Assembly: GCA_047611865.1 (NCBI GenBank)
Contig: JBLFWS010000002.1
Coordinates: 1-62,412 of the forward strand
Source of the DNA: Chlamydiales bacterium
Lineage (GTDB): Bacteria; Chlamydiota; Chlamydiia; Chlamydiales; JBDQID01
Direction of reading: 5' to 3'
Length of the DNA stretch: 62,412 bases
Below the pieces are notes generated by a model that worked only from the letters and a program-made list of their open reading frames with translations, searched no databases and was not told where the DNA came from. Below are positions 47,993-56,910 of this stretch, piece after piece. Numbering within the stretch: position 1 is the first letter of the stretch; each line of letters starts with the position of its first letter. A program made the position numbers and the translations under genes.

Positions 47993-49378
47993 ATGGATCA
48001 TCGCATTGAAACAGACAGCCTGGGAGAGATTCAGGTAGCTTCTGACAAATACTACGGAGCTCAAACTCAACGTTCAAAAATGAATTTTGTAATCGGAAAT
48101 GAACTTATGCCGATTGAAGTCATCCATGCTTTTGGAGTATTGAAAAAGGCTGCGGCAATAGTAAATAATGAGCTTGGACTGCTTCCAGAAGAGAAAAAGG
48201 ATGTGATTTGCGAAGTTTGTGACGAGATAATTGCTGGAGATCTTGACGATCACTTTCCACTACTTGTTTGGCAGACTGGGTCTGGGACACAATCTAACAT
48301 GAATGTTAACGAAGTGATTAGTAACAGGGCAATAGAGAAATTGGGTGGGAAGATGGGGTCCAAAGTACCTGTACATCCTAATGATGATGTGAATAAATCT
48401 CAGTCATCTAATGACACATTTCCTACTGCTATGCATATCGCAGCGACATTAATGATTAGGGACAGATTACTCCCAAGTTTGGATATCTTCTATAAGGCTT
48501 TGCATACGAAGTCTACTGATTTCATGAATTTGGTGAAAATTGGGCGCACGCATTTAATGGATGCTACGCCACTCACGTTGGGTCAGGAGTTTTCAGGATA
48601 TGCTTCGCAATTGGAGCACGGAAGGAAAGCTGTAGAAAACACTCTAGCGCACCTCTCTGAAATAGCATTGGGTGGTACGGCTGTTGGAACAGGAATAAAC
48701 GCTCCGATTGGCTATTCAAAAAGAGTTGCCGAAGTGATTTCAGAATTGACGGGTCACAGTTTTGTTTCGGCCCCAAACAAATTTGAAGCCTTAGCGGCTA
48801 ATGATGCTGTGGTCGAGGTAAGTGGGGCATTGAAAAGAGTGGCTTGCTCATTAATGAAAATTGCTAATGACATACGTTGGCTTGCTTCTGGACCTCGTTG
48901 TGGAATAGGGGAAATTCTGATTCCAGCAAATGAGCCAGGTTCTTCAATTATGCCTGGCAAGGTGAATCCTACGCAATGTGAGGCTTTAACGATGGTCGTT
49001 GCTCAAGTGTATGGAAATGATGTTGCTATTTCTTTTGCGGGCTCTCAGGGTAACTTTGAGTTAAATGTTTTTAAACCAGTGATGATTTATAATTTGATTC
49101 AATCCATACGCTTAATTGCTGATGCTTCTGTAAATTTCACATATAAGTGTGTAACTGGCATAAAACCAAATTTGGAAAATATATCGATAAATCTGAATCG
49201 TTCCTTAATGTTGGCAACAGCTTTAAATTCTGAAATAGGGTACGACGGGGCAAGTGAAATTGTTAAGAAGGCCTATAACGAAGGTTCCACTCTTAAAGAA
49301 GCTGCCATGTCCCTAGGAATTCTGAGTGAAGAGAGATTTGATGAAATTGTAGATCCAAATAAGATGGTAAATATATAG
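47993..49378 (+). CDS. fumC: Class II fumarate hydratase
   Basis: It has the [11 protein letters not shown] signature and an N-terminus ([23 protein letters not shown]) like FumC. ATG at 47993 with a GGAGAAG Shine-Dalgarno sequence is preferred over TTG at 47978. Confidence 0.93.
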   Translation: MDHRIETDSLGEIQVASDKYYGAQTQRSKMNFVIGNELMPIEVIHAFGVLKKAAAIVNNELGLLPEEKKDVICEVCDEIIAGDLDDHFPLLVWQTGSGTQSNMNVNEVISNRAIEKLGGKMGSKVPVHPNDDVNKSQSSNDTFPTAMHIAATLMIRDRLLPSLDIFYKALHTKSTDFMNLVKIGRTHLMDATPLTLGQEFSGYASQLEHGRKAVENTLAHLSEIALGGTAVGTGINAPIGYSKRVAEVISELTGHSFVSAPNKFEALAANDAVVEVSGALKRVACSLMKIANDIRWLASGPRCGIGEILIPANEPGSSIMPGKVNPTQCEALTMVVAQVYGNDVAISFAGSQGNFELNVFKPVMIYNLIQSIRLIADASVNFTYKCVTGIKPNLENISINLNRSLMLATALNSEIGYDGASEIVKKAYNEGSTLKEAAMSLGILSEERFDEIVDPNKMVNI

Positions 49379-49736
49379 GTCATATATTTAAAATTACACC
49401 CCTTAATTTTAATACACGACTTAGACACAACTCTCTTGATCAGAGAAGTGTATTCCTTTTATACTAAGGTGTTTAATCCAATAAAAAATCTTGCCTTCAT
49501 TTTAATGTCAATTTTTCTATTATAATTCTATAAGATGATAATTCTTTTAAGTTTGCAGTTATGTAATTATAATTATTTAAAATTTAATTTATTAAACAGC
49601 TAGACTTGATGTTTAATATCGCCTTATTTGAGATGCCGCAATTGTATAGACTTTTTTTACATCTAGTAGGTATTATATAGTATAAGAGGGAAGGGATTAT
49701 CCGGTTATAAAAACACTAAATTTGGTTTTTAATTCG

Positions 49737-50903
49737 ATGGTTTCTGAAGATTATAAAAAAATAGAGAGTCTTCTTGATGCAGTTGTTCAAAGTGTTAGGG
49801 ATGATAATATAGAAGGGCCTGAAGGTGCACTAGTCACTTTTGGTGTGTACCTCGAAACTCTTTTGAATTCCGGGAAAACAACTGTAGAAGACTGGCCTCT
49901 TTCATTCAAAAGCAAAAATACTTATCTATGTTCTTTATTCAAAGGGAAGAAGGAGCTCTCAGAATCCTTTATTCAACTCATTTCCCGTAAGATTCAGCAA
50001 ATACAGGAGCTACATAATCAGGAAGGCTTTCATTTCATTTCCATGGGATTTTGCTATCACAGCTACGATGATAATGGAAAAACAGCTTACGAGTACTTAC
50101 AGCCTCTTTTGAAAACCTTTCCGAGAAATGCAGGTTTTCACATGTACAATTGTCTTATTTTGGCAGAAAGAAAGGAATATAGTGAATCGATAAAACAGAT
50201 CAATAATGTAATGAAATGGGCAAAATTCCCTGAAATATATGTAAACGATATCTTAAAGATAGAAACAAGATACTTAGATGACTTGATTGATAACAAAAGT
50301 TTTAAAACTGCGGATGAGTTTTTAGTTTCCATGCAGAGTTATTATCAAACATACTTTAGCGGTTCGGAATGGATTCTTCTTCAAAGACAGTTAATGTTGT
50401 TTAGGCACAGGCTTGAAGATCACAAAAGAGTGTTTGAAACATTGGAAAAGGTTGGAGAGGTGATTTACGAAAAAACAGAGAATGAGCGTAGAAGGCTTGT
50501 TGAAGTCCTTGGTGTTTTTTCAGCGATTATAGCTTTTATTATATTGAATGTGCAGATAGCTCTTAGCTTTACGGTTTCTGAAGCCTATTGGTTGATGCTT
50601 GCTATGGGGAATATTCTTCTTATTTTTTCCATATCTATGTCATATATATTTACTAAGCCCTCAGAGGTTCCTTTTTACCATAGGGGTCGGTTTTGGACTC
50701 TGGTGGCTTTAATGTTTCCGTTGATTATTATTGGTATTGGAATCCAATTGACTAAGGAATCAGTAAAAGAAAAAATTGTTGAGAAAATAATTGTTAGGCC
50801 GGCACCTCATTATGAGGGAAAAACCACGGATATCAAAACTGAACAGAGAGAAACTAAGCCCTCTCTGCAATTTCAGAAGTTATTTATCCCTCGAAATAAA
50901 TAA
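49737..50903 (+). CDS. Hypothetical membrane-anchored protein (helical-repeat N-domain, three C-terminal TM helices)
   Basis: About 388 aa. The soluble alpha-helical N-terminal ~250 aa is possibly TPR-like. The hydrophobic segments are VFSAIIAFIILNVQIAL, WLMLAMGNILLIFSISMSYIF and WTLVALMFPLIIIGIGI. Confidence 0.5.
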   Translation: MVSEDYKKIESLLDAVVQSVRDDNIEGPEGALVTFGVYLETLLNSGKTTVEDWPLSFKSKNTYLCSLFKGKKELSESFIQLISRKIQQIQELHNQEGFHFISMGFCYHSYDDNGKTAYEYLQPLLKTFPRNAGFHMYNCLILAERKEYSESIKQINNVMKWAKFPEIYVNDILKIETRYLDDLIDNKSFKTADEFLVSMQSYYQTYFSGSEWILLQRQLMLFRHRLEDHKRVFETLEKVGEVIYEKTENERRRLVEVLGVFSAIIAFIILNVQIALSFTVSEAYWLMLAMGNILLIFSISMSYIFTKPSEVPFYHRGRFWTLVALMFPLIIIGIGIQLTKESVKEKIVEKIIVRPAPHYEGKTTDIKTEQRETKPSLQFQKLFIPRNK

Positions 50904-50926
50904 GCAAGTAACAGCGGAGTCTTAAA

Positions 50927-51856
50927 TTGAGAATTTTGCTTAGTGGATCACATGGTTTAATTGGCTCTGCTCTTACATCTTTCTTAGCAGACCATGGGCA
51001 TCGTGTCGTTCGCTTGCTAAGAGAAAAGCAAGTTACTGATGACGAAGTAGTTATATGGGATCCTTTAGAGAGAAAAGTTAAGATAGAAGAGCTAGAGGGT
51101 TTTGAGGCTGTTATCCATCTTGCTGGAGAAAATGTAGCTTCTGGGAGATGGACTACAAAGAAAAAACAGGCTATTTATGATAGTCGCATTCAGAGTACTC
51201 AATTTTTGTGTGAGTGTTTTAAAAAGTTAAGCTCTCCTCCAAAAGATTTTATATGTGCCTCTGCTATAGGCTTCTATGGTCATCGTAAAGAGGAAGAGCT
51301 GGATGAGAAGCAGGGTTCGGGGAATGGTTTTTTGAGTAATGTCTGCAAAGACTGGGAAGCCGTTAGCGAAGTATTAAATGATTATCCAATAAGAGTAGCC
51401 CATTTACGTTTTGGGGTTGTTCTAAGCTCAGATGGTGGTGCTCTGGCGCAGATGTTAAGACCTTTTCGAATGGGCTTTGGTGGAAGAGTTGGATCTGGAG
51501 AACAGTATATGAGTTGGATTGCTATTGATGACGCTATTTCAGCTTTATATTTTGTTTTGAGGCATAATGAGATGACAGGTCCAGTAAACATAGTCTCTCC
51601 AAATCCGGTCACAAACCTCGAATTTACCAAGATCTTAGGTCAAACCCTCGGTAAGTGGGCTATTGTTCCCTTGCCAGCTTTTTTAGCACGTATTGCGATG
51701 GGAGAACTCGCAAATGAACTTCTACTGGCAAGCACGCGAGCTATTCCTGCAAAGCTTATGGAGTCTGAATTTTCTTTCCAATTTCCTAATTTGGCAGATG
51801 CTTTGGAACACGTTATTGAAGAAGAAGAAATCCTCGAAGAAACACCTGTAGCTTAA
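50927..51856 (+). CDS. YfcH-like (TIGR01777-type) NAD-dependent epimerase/dehydratase family protein
   Basis: 309 aa. MRILLSGSHGLIGSAL is a Rossmann GxxGxxG motif. SWIAIDD and a C-terminal DUF1731-like tail are also present. TTG start. Confidence 0.7.
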   Translation: MRILLSGSHGLIGSALTSFLADHGHRVVRLLREKQVTDDEVVIWDPLERKVKIEELEGFEAVIHLAGENVASGRWTTKKKQAIYDSRIQSTQFLCECFKKLSSPPKDFICASAIGFYGHRKEEELDEKQGSGNGFLSNVCKDWEAVSEVLNDYPIRVAHLRFGVVLSSDGGALAQMLRPFRMGFGGRVGSGEQYMSWIAIDDAISALYFVLRHNEMTGPVNIVSPNPVTNLEFTKILGQTLGKWAIVPLPAFLARIAMGELANELLLASTRAIPAKLMESEFSFQFPNLADALEHVIEEEEILEETPVA

Positions 51857-51859
51857 ACG

Positions 51860-52813
51860 ATGCCTAATATTATCAATCTTGAACATCAGTCAGTTAGAGA
51901 TCTAGCATGGGTGATGGACAGTCCAGGTCTCTTGTCCAAAAACAATACAGAGGCGCTAGCTCCCGTTGAAGATCAATGGTGTAAGAAAGTAAGCCTCAGC
52001 GCATGGAAGTGGCTACAAAGTCTCGATAAAAACCCTAAGGAACTCGATGATTGGCTGTTAAGCAAAAAGTGTAGTCGATTGGGTGACTATTTTGCTTTCT
52101 TGGTAGAATTTTGGCTTATGAAATGGTTCAAAGTTGAAAAGCTAGTTTCTTCACAGCAAATTTTCGATGAGAATAGAACCGTTGGTGAGTTTGATTTTCT
52201 TTTTTACAGTGAGGAAATTAAACGGGACAGTCACTGGGAAGTCTCTGTAAAATTCTATCTTCAAAGTAAGAATGAAGGTTCACTAAATGTATTCATCGGG
52301 CCAAATGCCTGGGATTCGCTTTATAAAAAGTTCGACAAAGTACTGAATCAACAGATCAAGCTAAAAGAAAATTCATCAGCCAGAACATGGCTAGATGAAA
52401 ACGATTACGCTTCTTTGCATTCTCAATTTTTCTTTAAAGGCTATTTGTTTTATCCTGTAAATAATTCTTGCTGCCAGCAAAATGATCTTCCTGAGGAAGT
52501 TGCTCCAAATCACTTGAAGGGGTGGTGGTGTCATTATCCCTTGACCAGTGAAAGCCGCAGCTTTCTTTTAAGGAATAGAGTGAAAGCTAAGTGGTATGTG
52601 CTGCCGAAAGAGGAATGGCTTTCTCCAGTAGTAAAGAGTATAGATGACCCACATATTCTTGATGGTGAAAAACAACTCTTTAATGCTCTTGAAGAATATT
52701 TCTTCGAAAAGGAAAGACCTCTGATGATTGTGGAGATGGCATCGATGAACAAAATTAAACTCTGCGAGAGAACTCGTGGTTTTATTGTTCCTGAAATTTG
52801 GCCTGGAGTATAG
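51860..52813 (+). CDS. DUF1853-like protein (PD-(D/E)XK nuclease-fold candidate)
   Basis: 317 aa. RLGDYFAFLVEFWL...VGEFDFLFY...HWEVSVKFYL fits a D...E.K-type nuclease-fold motif and my memory of DUF1853. It starts 3 nt after the preceding stop. Confidence 0.55.
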   Translation: MPNIINLEHQSVRDLAWVMDSPGLLSKNNTEALAPVEDQWCKKVSLSAWKWLQSLDKNPKELDDWLLSKKCSRLGDYFAFLVEFWLMKWFKVEKLVSSQQIFDENRTVGEFDFLFYSEEIKRDSHWEVSVKFYLQSKNEGSLNVFIGPNAWDSLYKKFDKVLNQQIKLKENSSARTWLDENDYASLHSQFFFKGYLFYPVNNSCCQQNDLPEEVAPNHLKGWWCHYPLTSESRSFLLRNRVKAKWYVLPKEEWLSPVVKSIDDPHILDGEKQLFNALEEYFFEKERPLMIVEMASMNKIKLCERTRGFIVPEIWPGV

Positions 52814-52814
52814 C

Positions 52815-53270
52815 GTGAAGCGTTTTGGAATATATTTATTGTTACTAATAAGTTTGGTGGGATGTTCAAGGGAAAATCTTTATGTTCAAAGTGACTACTT
52901 GACACATGACGATCTAGCAAGCACACACGTGGGTTCTCCTGATCCACGAAAAGAAGAGCCATGGGCAGGACAGCGCCTGATAGTAGGGTGGTCTGTACCT
53001 GAAAGATTTTTAAATGAGCCCGATGTTCGATTAGTTTTGACATTACGCTTTCGTAATAGGGAACAGGCGATCAAATCTTTTCCCTTGGAAAGCTCTAGTG
53101 GAAAGTACATTTACCGTCTGATGAATGATGAGTTTTTTGAAAAACGAGGCGTTTTGACCTATCAGGCAAAAATTATGTCTGGAGAAGATAAGGTGCTTTA
53201 TACATGGACGCATCAACTTTGGACAGATTTACTTGAAATTGAAATGACAGAACTTAGTACAAGCGAGTAG
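52815..53270 (+). CDS. Hypothetical lipoprotein
   Basis: GTG at 52815 follows GGAG. The lipobox is LLLLISLVGC. About 151 aa. Confidence 0.55.
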   Translation: MKRFGIYLLLLISLVGCSRENLYVQSDYLTHDDLASTHVGSPDPRKEEPWAGQRLIVGWSVPERFLNEPDVRLVLTLRFRNREQAIKSFPLESSSGKYIYRLMNDEFFEKRGVLTYQAKIMSGEDKVLYTWTHQLWTDLLEIEMTELSTSE

Positions 53271-53479
53271 ATTTCTTGAACAGAGGCTTATTGCGTAAGG
53301 TAATCTGAAGTGATTTTCTTGAAAACAATAAGCTTTGTGAGGGATCTGCCCTGCAAGGGTAAGGAACTGATACCGATAAAGTTCATTTTCTGGGTGATAG
53401 AAAATGGTAAGTGGATATTCATCCCATACTATTTATCCTATTATCTGTTTTTTTCAGTGTAGTGGCTGAGAAGAGTTGT

Positions 53480-53546
53480 TATACTCAATGCGGGTTAATT
53501 TGATGCTTGGTACATCCAAGCATCAAATTAACCCGCATTGAGTATA
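53480..53546. repeat. Family-B repeat, extended form: perfect 31-bp inverted repeat with a 5-nt spacer
   Basis: TATACTCAATGCGGGTTAATTTGATGCTTGG-TACAT-CCAAGCATCAAATTAACCCGCATTGAGTATA is two full family-B units arranged head to head. Confidence 0.95.
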
Positions 53547-53595
53547 TACTGTCATTGGTCATAAACAGGAAACTTTTGATCAATGACAGTATATA
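53543..53595. repeat. Second perfect hairpin (15-bp stem, 23-nt loop) abutting the family-B extended copy
   Basis: TATATACTGTCATTG (53543-53557) pairs with CAATGACAGTATATA (53581-53595). Confidence 0.9.
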
Positions 53596-53626
53596 CGGTC
53601 TCAAAACATAATAAAGATTGTCGGGT

Positions 53627-55351
53627 ATGGAAGCACTGAAAACAATAGTTCATGACATTTGGAAAGAATATTCGATAAAGAAAGATAGGAATATCCCAAA
53701 GCTTTCCTGTTATTATCGAAAAGGTAGTGGAAAGGAGGGTTATTATGCTGAAAGGGAAAGCGGTAAAATAACGCTGGAAGTAGAAACTGTTCAGGCTGCA
53801 GTTTCAGCTGCTCATCAATTGGGAATGGCTTCGATGAGTGGTCATTTGGCTGAATATTTAGGAAAGAGAAGTCCTCATTTTTCCTTACGACCTTTATGGA
53901 TTGCTTGTACTTACCCAGTTATGATATCTTCAAGGATTTTTGTCAGGATTCCGAGTTGGGCCCACGAAGCTTTACAGGAGAGTACACTTGATAATGCCCT
54001 TGATCTCTTTTGCTCACGGCTCTCACAAATGGGGTATAATGCGCTCGTTATAGGAACTTGGGATAGATCCCCTTTAGCTGAAATTGAGCCAGAGGAGCTA
54101 AGTATCCACCCTTTTTTTACGGGAATTCGCCAAAGAGGATTCAAGGTACTGTTAAAACCAGAAGTTCCCTGTTCTGGAGAGCTCGAAAGTACCTCTATAA
54201 AAGAATTTACACATTTAGGAGAAGCTTTTGAGGACTTGAGGGAATACGGTGAGAACTATGATTTTATTTTCTGGGAAAGCCATGCGACAAAACGAGATCA
54301 AAACAGTGAGAAATTCTACAGAGAGTATACTTTTTCAGAAAGGATCAGTCTTGAAGTAAAAGAATTGGAAGGCAGGCTGCCTGATGACAAAGGGCTTGTT
54401 TATTTCTTGCACGCAGCAAATCCAGTGATTGCAATGGAGCAAGCTTACAGCTTTGAAGAAATTTCAGATGATGTGGGTAAGAAAACAATCCTGTCATTCT
54501 CTGTTGTCGCGGGAGAACCCTATAACGATAACCTTTCTTATCATCCTATTTGGGAACAGCTGAGAACTGTATCTGACGAGTCTTATACCCCACTTCTTCC
54601 AATAATTGATGTGGGTGCCGTAGGGAATGGACAAGGCTTGTGGCCAGTTCTTCCTCTGGATACTATAAGTGCTTGTTTTTCCAGGATGTATCGTCATCAT
54701 TTTGCAGGAGCTATTGCAATGGCAAGTTATCTTCCTGCAAAAGGAACCTTTGTAGATTGCGCATTATGGGTGACAGGACAAATGCTATGGAAGCCTCATT
54801 GTCCGTATCTCCTGGCAAAAACATGGTTTTTAGCTAATAGACTTAGTCCCAGCGAATCTTGGGATGAGCAAGCCCTTCGAAATATTCGAGATATCAGTTT
54901 AAGGTTAAAGAGGTTTAGTAATATTCGCGAATGTACCAAACAAAATAGTCTCGTAGAGGAATCTTATCGATTGGAAGCAGAAGGCCTGTTGAATGCTTTA
55001 AATCATCTTAAAGTGAAATATTCTTGCGAAGAAGAACAAGTAAATGAAGAAATGGGGTCACCAAATCTAGCTAATTATTTGCGTTATTTCATTCGAGATG
55101 CGAAGCGAATAATTTTGAATTCTTTACAAAGAGAGAGTGTTTCTCTTCCAAGTGTTCTTGATGGAGAAGATTTGTACGAGGGATTTTGGACAAACATGGC
55201 ACAAGGACGGAAGAAGGGTATAGGCGGACAAGTAAAAATATTTTTTCTTAAGGAACCTAATGTGGCAGAGAATGACCCTGTAATGAATGCCATCTATTCT
55301 GAAAATCACCTGTTTATGAATCACAGGAATGCCTTCATTATCAAATATTGA
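53627..55351 (+). CDS. Hypothetical protein (574 aa), possibly a glycoside-hydrolase-like TIM barrel
   Basis: This is a long uninterrupted ORF. ATG at 53627 lies in frame with the upstream TTG at 53618. The only hints are weak (GYNALVIGTWD, DFIFWES). Confidence 0.5.
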   Translation: MEALKTIVHDIWKEYSIKKDRNIPKLSCYYRKGSGKEGYYAERESGKITLEVETVQAAVSAAHQLGMASMSGHLAEYLGKRSPHFSLRPLWIACTYPVMISSRIFVRIPSWAHEALQESTLDNALDLFCSRLSQMGYNALVIGTWDRSPLAEIEPEELSIHPFFTGIRQRGFKVLLKPEVPCSGELESTSIKEFTHLGEAFEDLREYGENYDFIFWESHATKRDQNSEKFYREYTFSERISLEVKELEGRLPDDKGLVYFLHAANPVIAMEQAYSFEEISDDVGKKTILSFSVVAGEPYNDNLSYHPIWEQLRTVSDESYTPLLPIIDVGAVGNGQGLWPVLPLDTISACFSRMYRHHFAGAIAMASYLPAKGTFVDCALWVTGQMLWKPHCPYLLAKTWFLANRLSPSESWDEQALRNIRDISLRLKRFSNIRECTKQNSLVEESYRLEAEGLLNALNHLKVKYSCEEEQVNEEMGSPNLANYLRYFIRDAKRIILNSLQRESVSLPSVLDGEDLYEGFWTNMAQGRKKGIGGQVKIFFLKEPNVAENDPVMNAIYSENHLFMNHRNAFIIKY

Positions 55352-55410
55352 ATTTAATCATACTGCTTGTAATAATATTCTTAGGAATTGTCTAAGCAAG
55401 GAGTGGTTTA

Positions 55411-56799
55411 ATGGACTGGGTTCTGAATTGGGTGGAGCTTATTGGAGAGAAAATTTGGGGTCTCCCATTGATGCTCTTATTGCTAGGAACGGGCATTTTC
55501 TTGACCATACGTTTGATGGGCTTGCAGTTTCGATATCTTGGCTATGCATTACGTTTGGCTTTTTTTCATCGAGATCCAGTTTCTGAAGGAGATATTAGTC
55601 ATTTCCAAGCTTTGATGACGGCTCTTGCTGCAACAATTGGAATAGGAAATATCGTGGGCGTTGCTACAGCTGTTTCTGTAGGAGGTCTAGGAGCGATTTT
55701 TTGGATGTGGGTGACAGCTCTTTTTGGAATGGCTACCAAGTATTCCGAGGCCATACTGGCAGTAAAGTATCGTCAAAAGGACGAAAATGGCCAGATGTCT
55801 GGTGGCCCGATGTATTACATTGAGAAGGGAATTTCATCCAAAAGAGCGGCAAAGTTTCTGGCTATTTCCTTTGCGCTATTCGGTACGATTGCGTCTTTCG
55901 GAATAGGGAATATGGTCCAAGCTCATTCAGTTGCAGAAGCTGTTCATAAGGTTACAGGTTTTACTACATGGTCTTCAGGGATTGTCCTGACATTCCTAAC
56001 AGCGATTGTACTTTTGGGCGGTATTAAATCTATCAGTAGAGTGGCTTGCTTTCTCGTACCCTTTATGGCTATTGCCTATAGTTCATTTGGAATAATGATT
56101 CTTCTCATAAATTTTGAAAAAATCCCAGATGCTTTCGGAAGTATTTTCTACTCCGCATTTAATGGACAAGCAGCTGTTGGGGGTTTTGCGGGCTCCACTG
56201 TGCTGATGGCTATGCGTTATGGGGTAGCAAGAGGGATTTTTTCTAATGAAGCAGGGCTTGGTAGCGCTCCAATTGTTGCGGCTGCAGCAAGAACGGATAT
56301 GCCAGGACGTCAGGCAATGGTTTCAATGACAGGAACCTTCTTAGATACGTTAATTGTTTGTTCTATAACGGGGTTGGTTATTGCCGTTACTGGAGTACTT
56401 GGACAAACAGATAGTGAGGGGGTTTTACTTGACGGTGCACGTATGACTGTTTCAGCTTTTTCAGTAATACCGGGTGGTGAATACGTTGTAACATGCGGAA
56501 TTATACTGTTTGCGTATACCACGATATTAGGGTGGGCGTATTATGGGGAAAAGTGTTGTCAATATCTCTTTGGTCTTGAGTCCATTATAGCTTATCGCAT
56601 GATTTTTATCGGTCTGATTTTGCCGGGTTCGGCCATGAGTTTGAAGTTAGTCTGGGGTATCGCTGACATTACTAACGGACTGATGGCAATACCCAATTTA
56701 GTAGCTTTGTTGGCTATGTCTGGAGTGATTAGCTCTGAAACAAAAAGCTTTCTCGAAACTCTTAAAAATGAAAGACAGCAGCAGCTCAATAAAAAATAA
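55411..56799 (+). CDS. Alanine/glycine:cation symporter (AGCS) family transporter
   Basis: 462 aa. ISHFQALMTALAATIGIGNIVGVATA, GGPMYYI and SNEAGLGSAP are typical sodium:alanine symporter motifs. Confidence 0.85.
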   Translation: MDWVLNWVELIGEKIWGLPLMLLLLGTGIFLTIRLMGLQFRYLGYALRLAFFHRDPVSEGDISHFQALMTALAATIGIGNIVGVATAVSVGGLGAIFWMWVTALFGMATKYSEAILAVKYRQKDENGQMSGGPMYYIEKGISSKRAAKFLAISFALFGTIASFGIGNMVQAHSVAEAVHKVTGFTTWSSGIVLTFLTAIVLLGGIKSISRVACFLVPFMAIAYSSFGIMILLINFEKIPDAFGSIFYSAFNGQAAVGGFAGSTVLMAMRYGVARGIFSNEAGLGSAPIVAAAARTDMPGRQAMVSMTGTFLDTLIVCSITGLVIAVTGVLGQTDSEGVLLDGARMTVSAFSVIPGGEYVVTCGIILFAYTTILGWAYYGEKCCQYLFGLESIIAYRMIFIGLILPGSAMSLKLVWGIADITNGLMAIPNLVALLAMSGVISSETKSFLETLKNERQQQLNKK

Positions 56800-56868
56800 A
56801 AGAAGAGCTTAGTGTTGTTGAGAAAATCCCAGAGAAAATAAAGAGTACAGGTCTGAACTTCTTTATGA

Positions 56869-56900
56869 AGCACACACAAGGATAGTTCCCTGTGTGTGCT
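56869..56900. terminator. Hairpin between the convergent AGCS and valS genes
   Basis: AGCACACACA (56869-56878) pairs with TGTGTGTGCT (56891-56900). Short T runs flank it on both strands. Confidence 0.5.
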
Positions 56901-56910
56901 TTGAAATTCT

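Noticed and set aside
14411-53546. Possibility that the recurring palindromes are a CRISPR array
   Set aside because: The copies are kilobases apart, are not regularly spaced, are separated by genes, and no cas genes are present.
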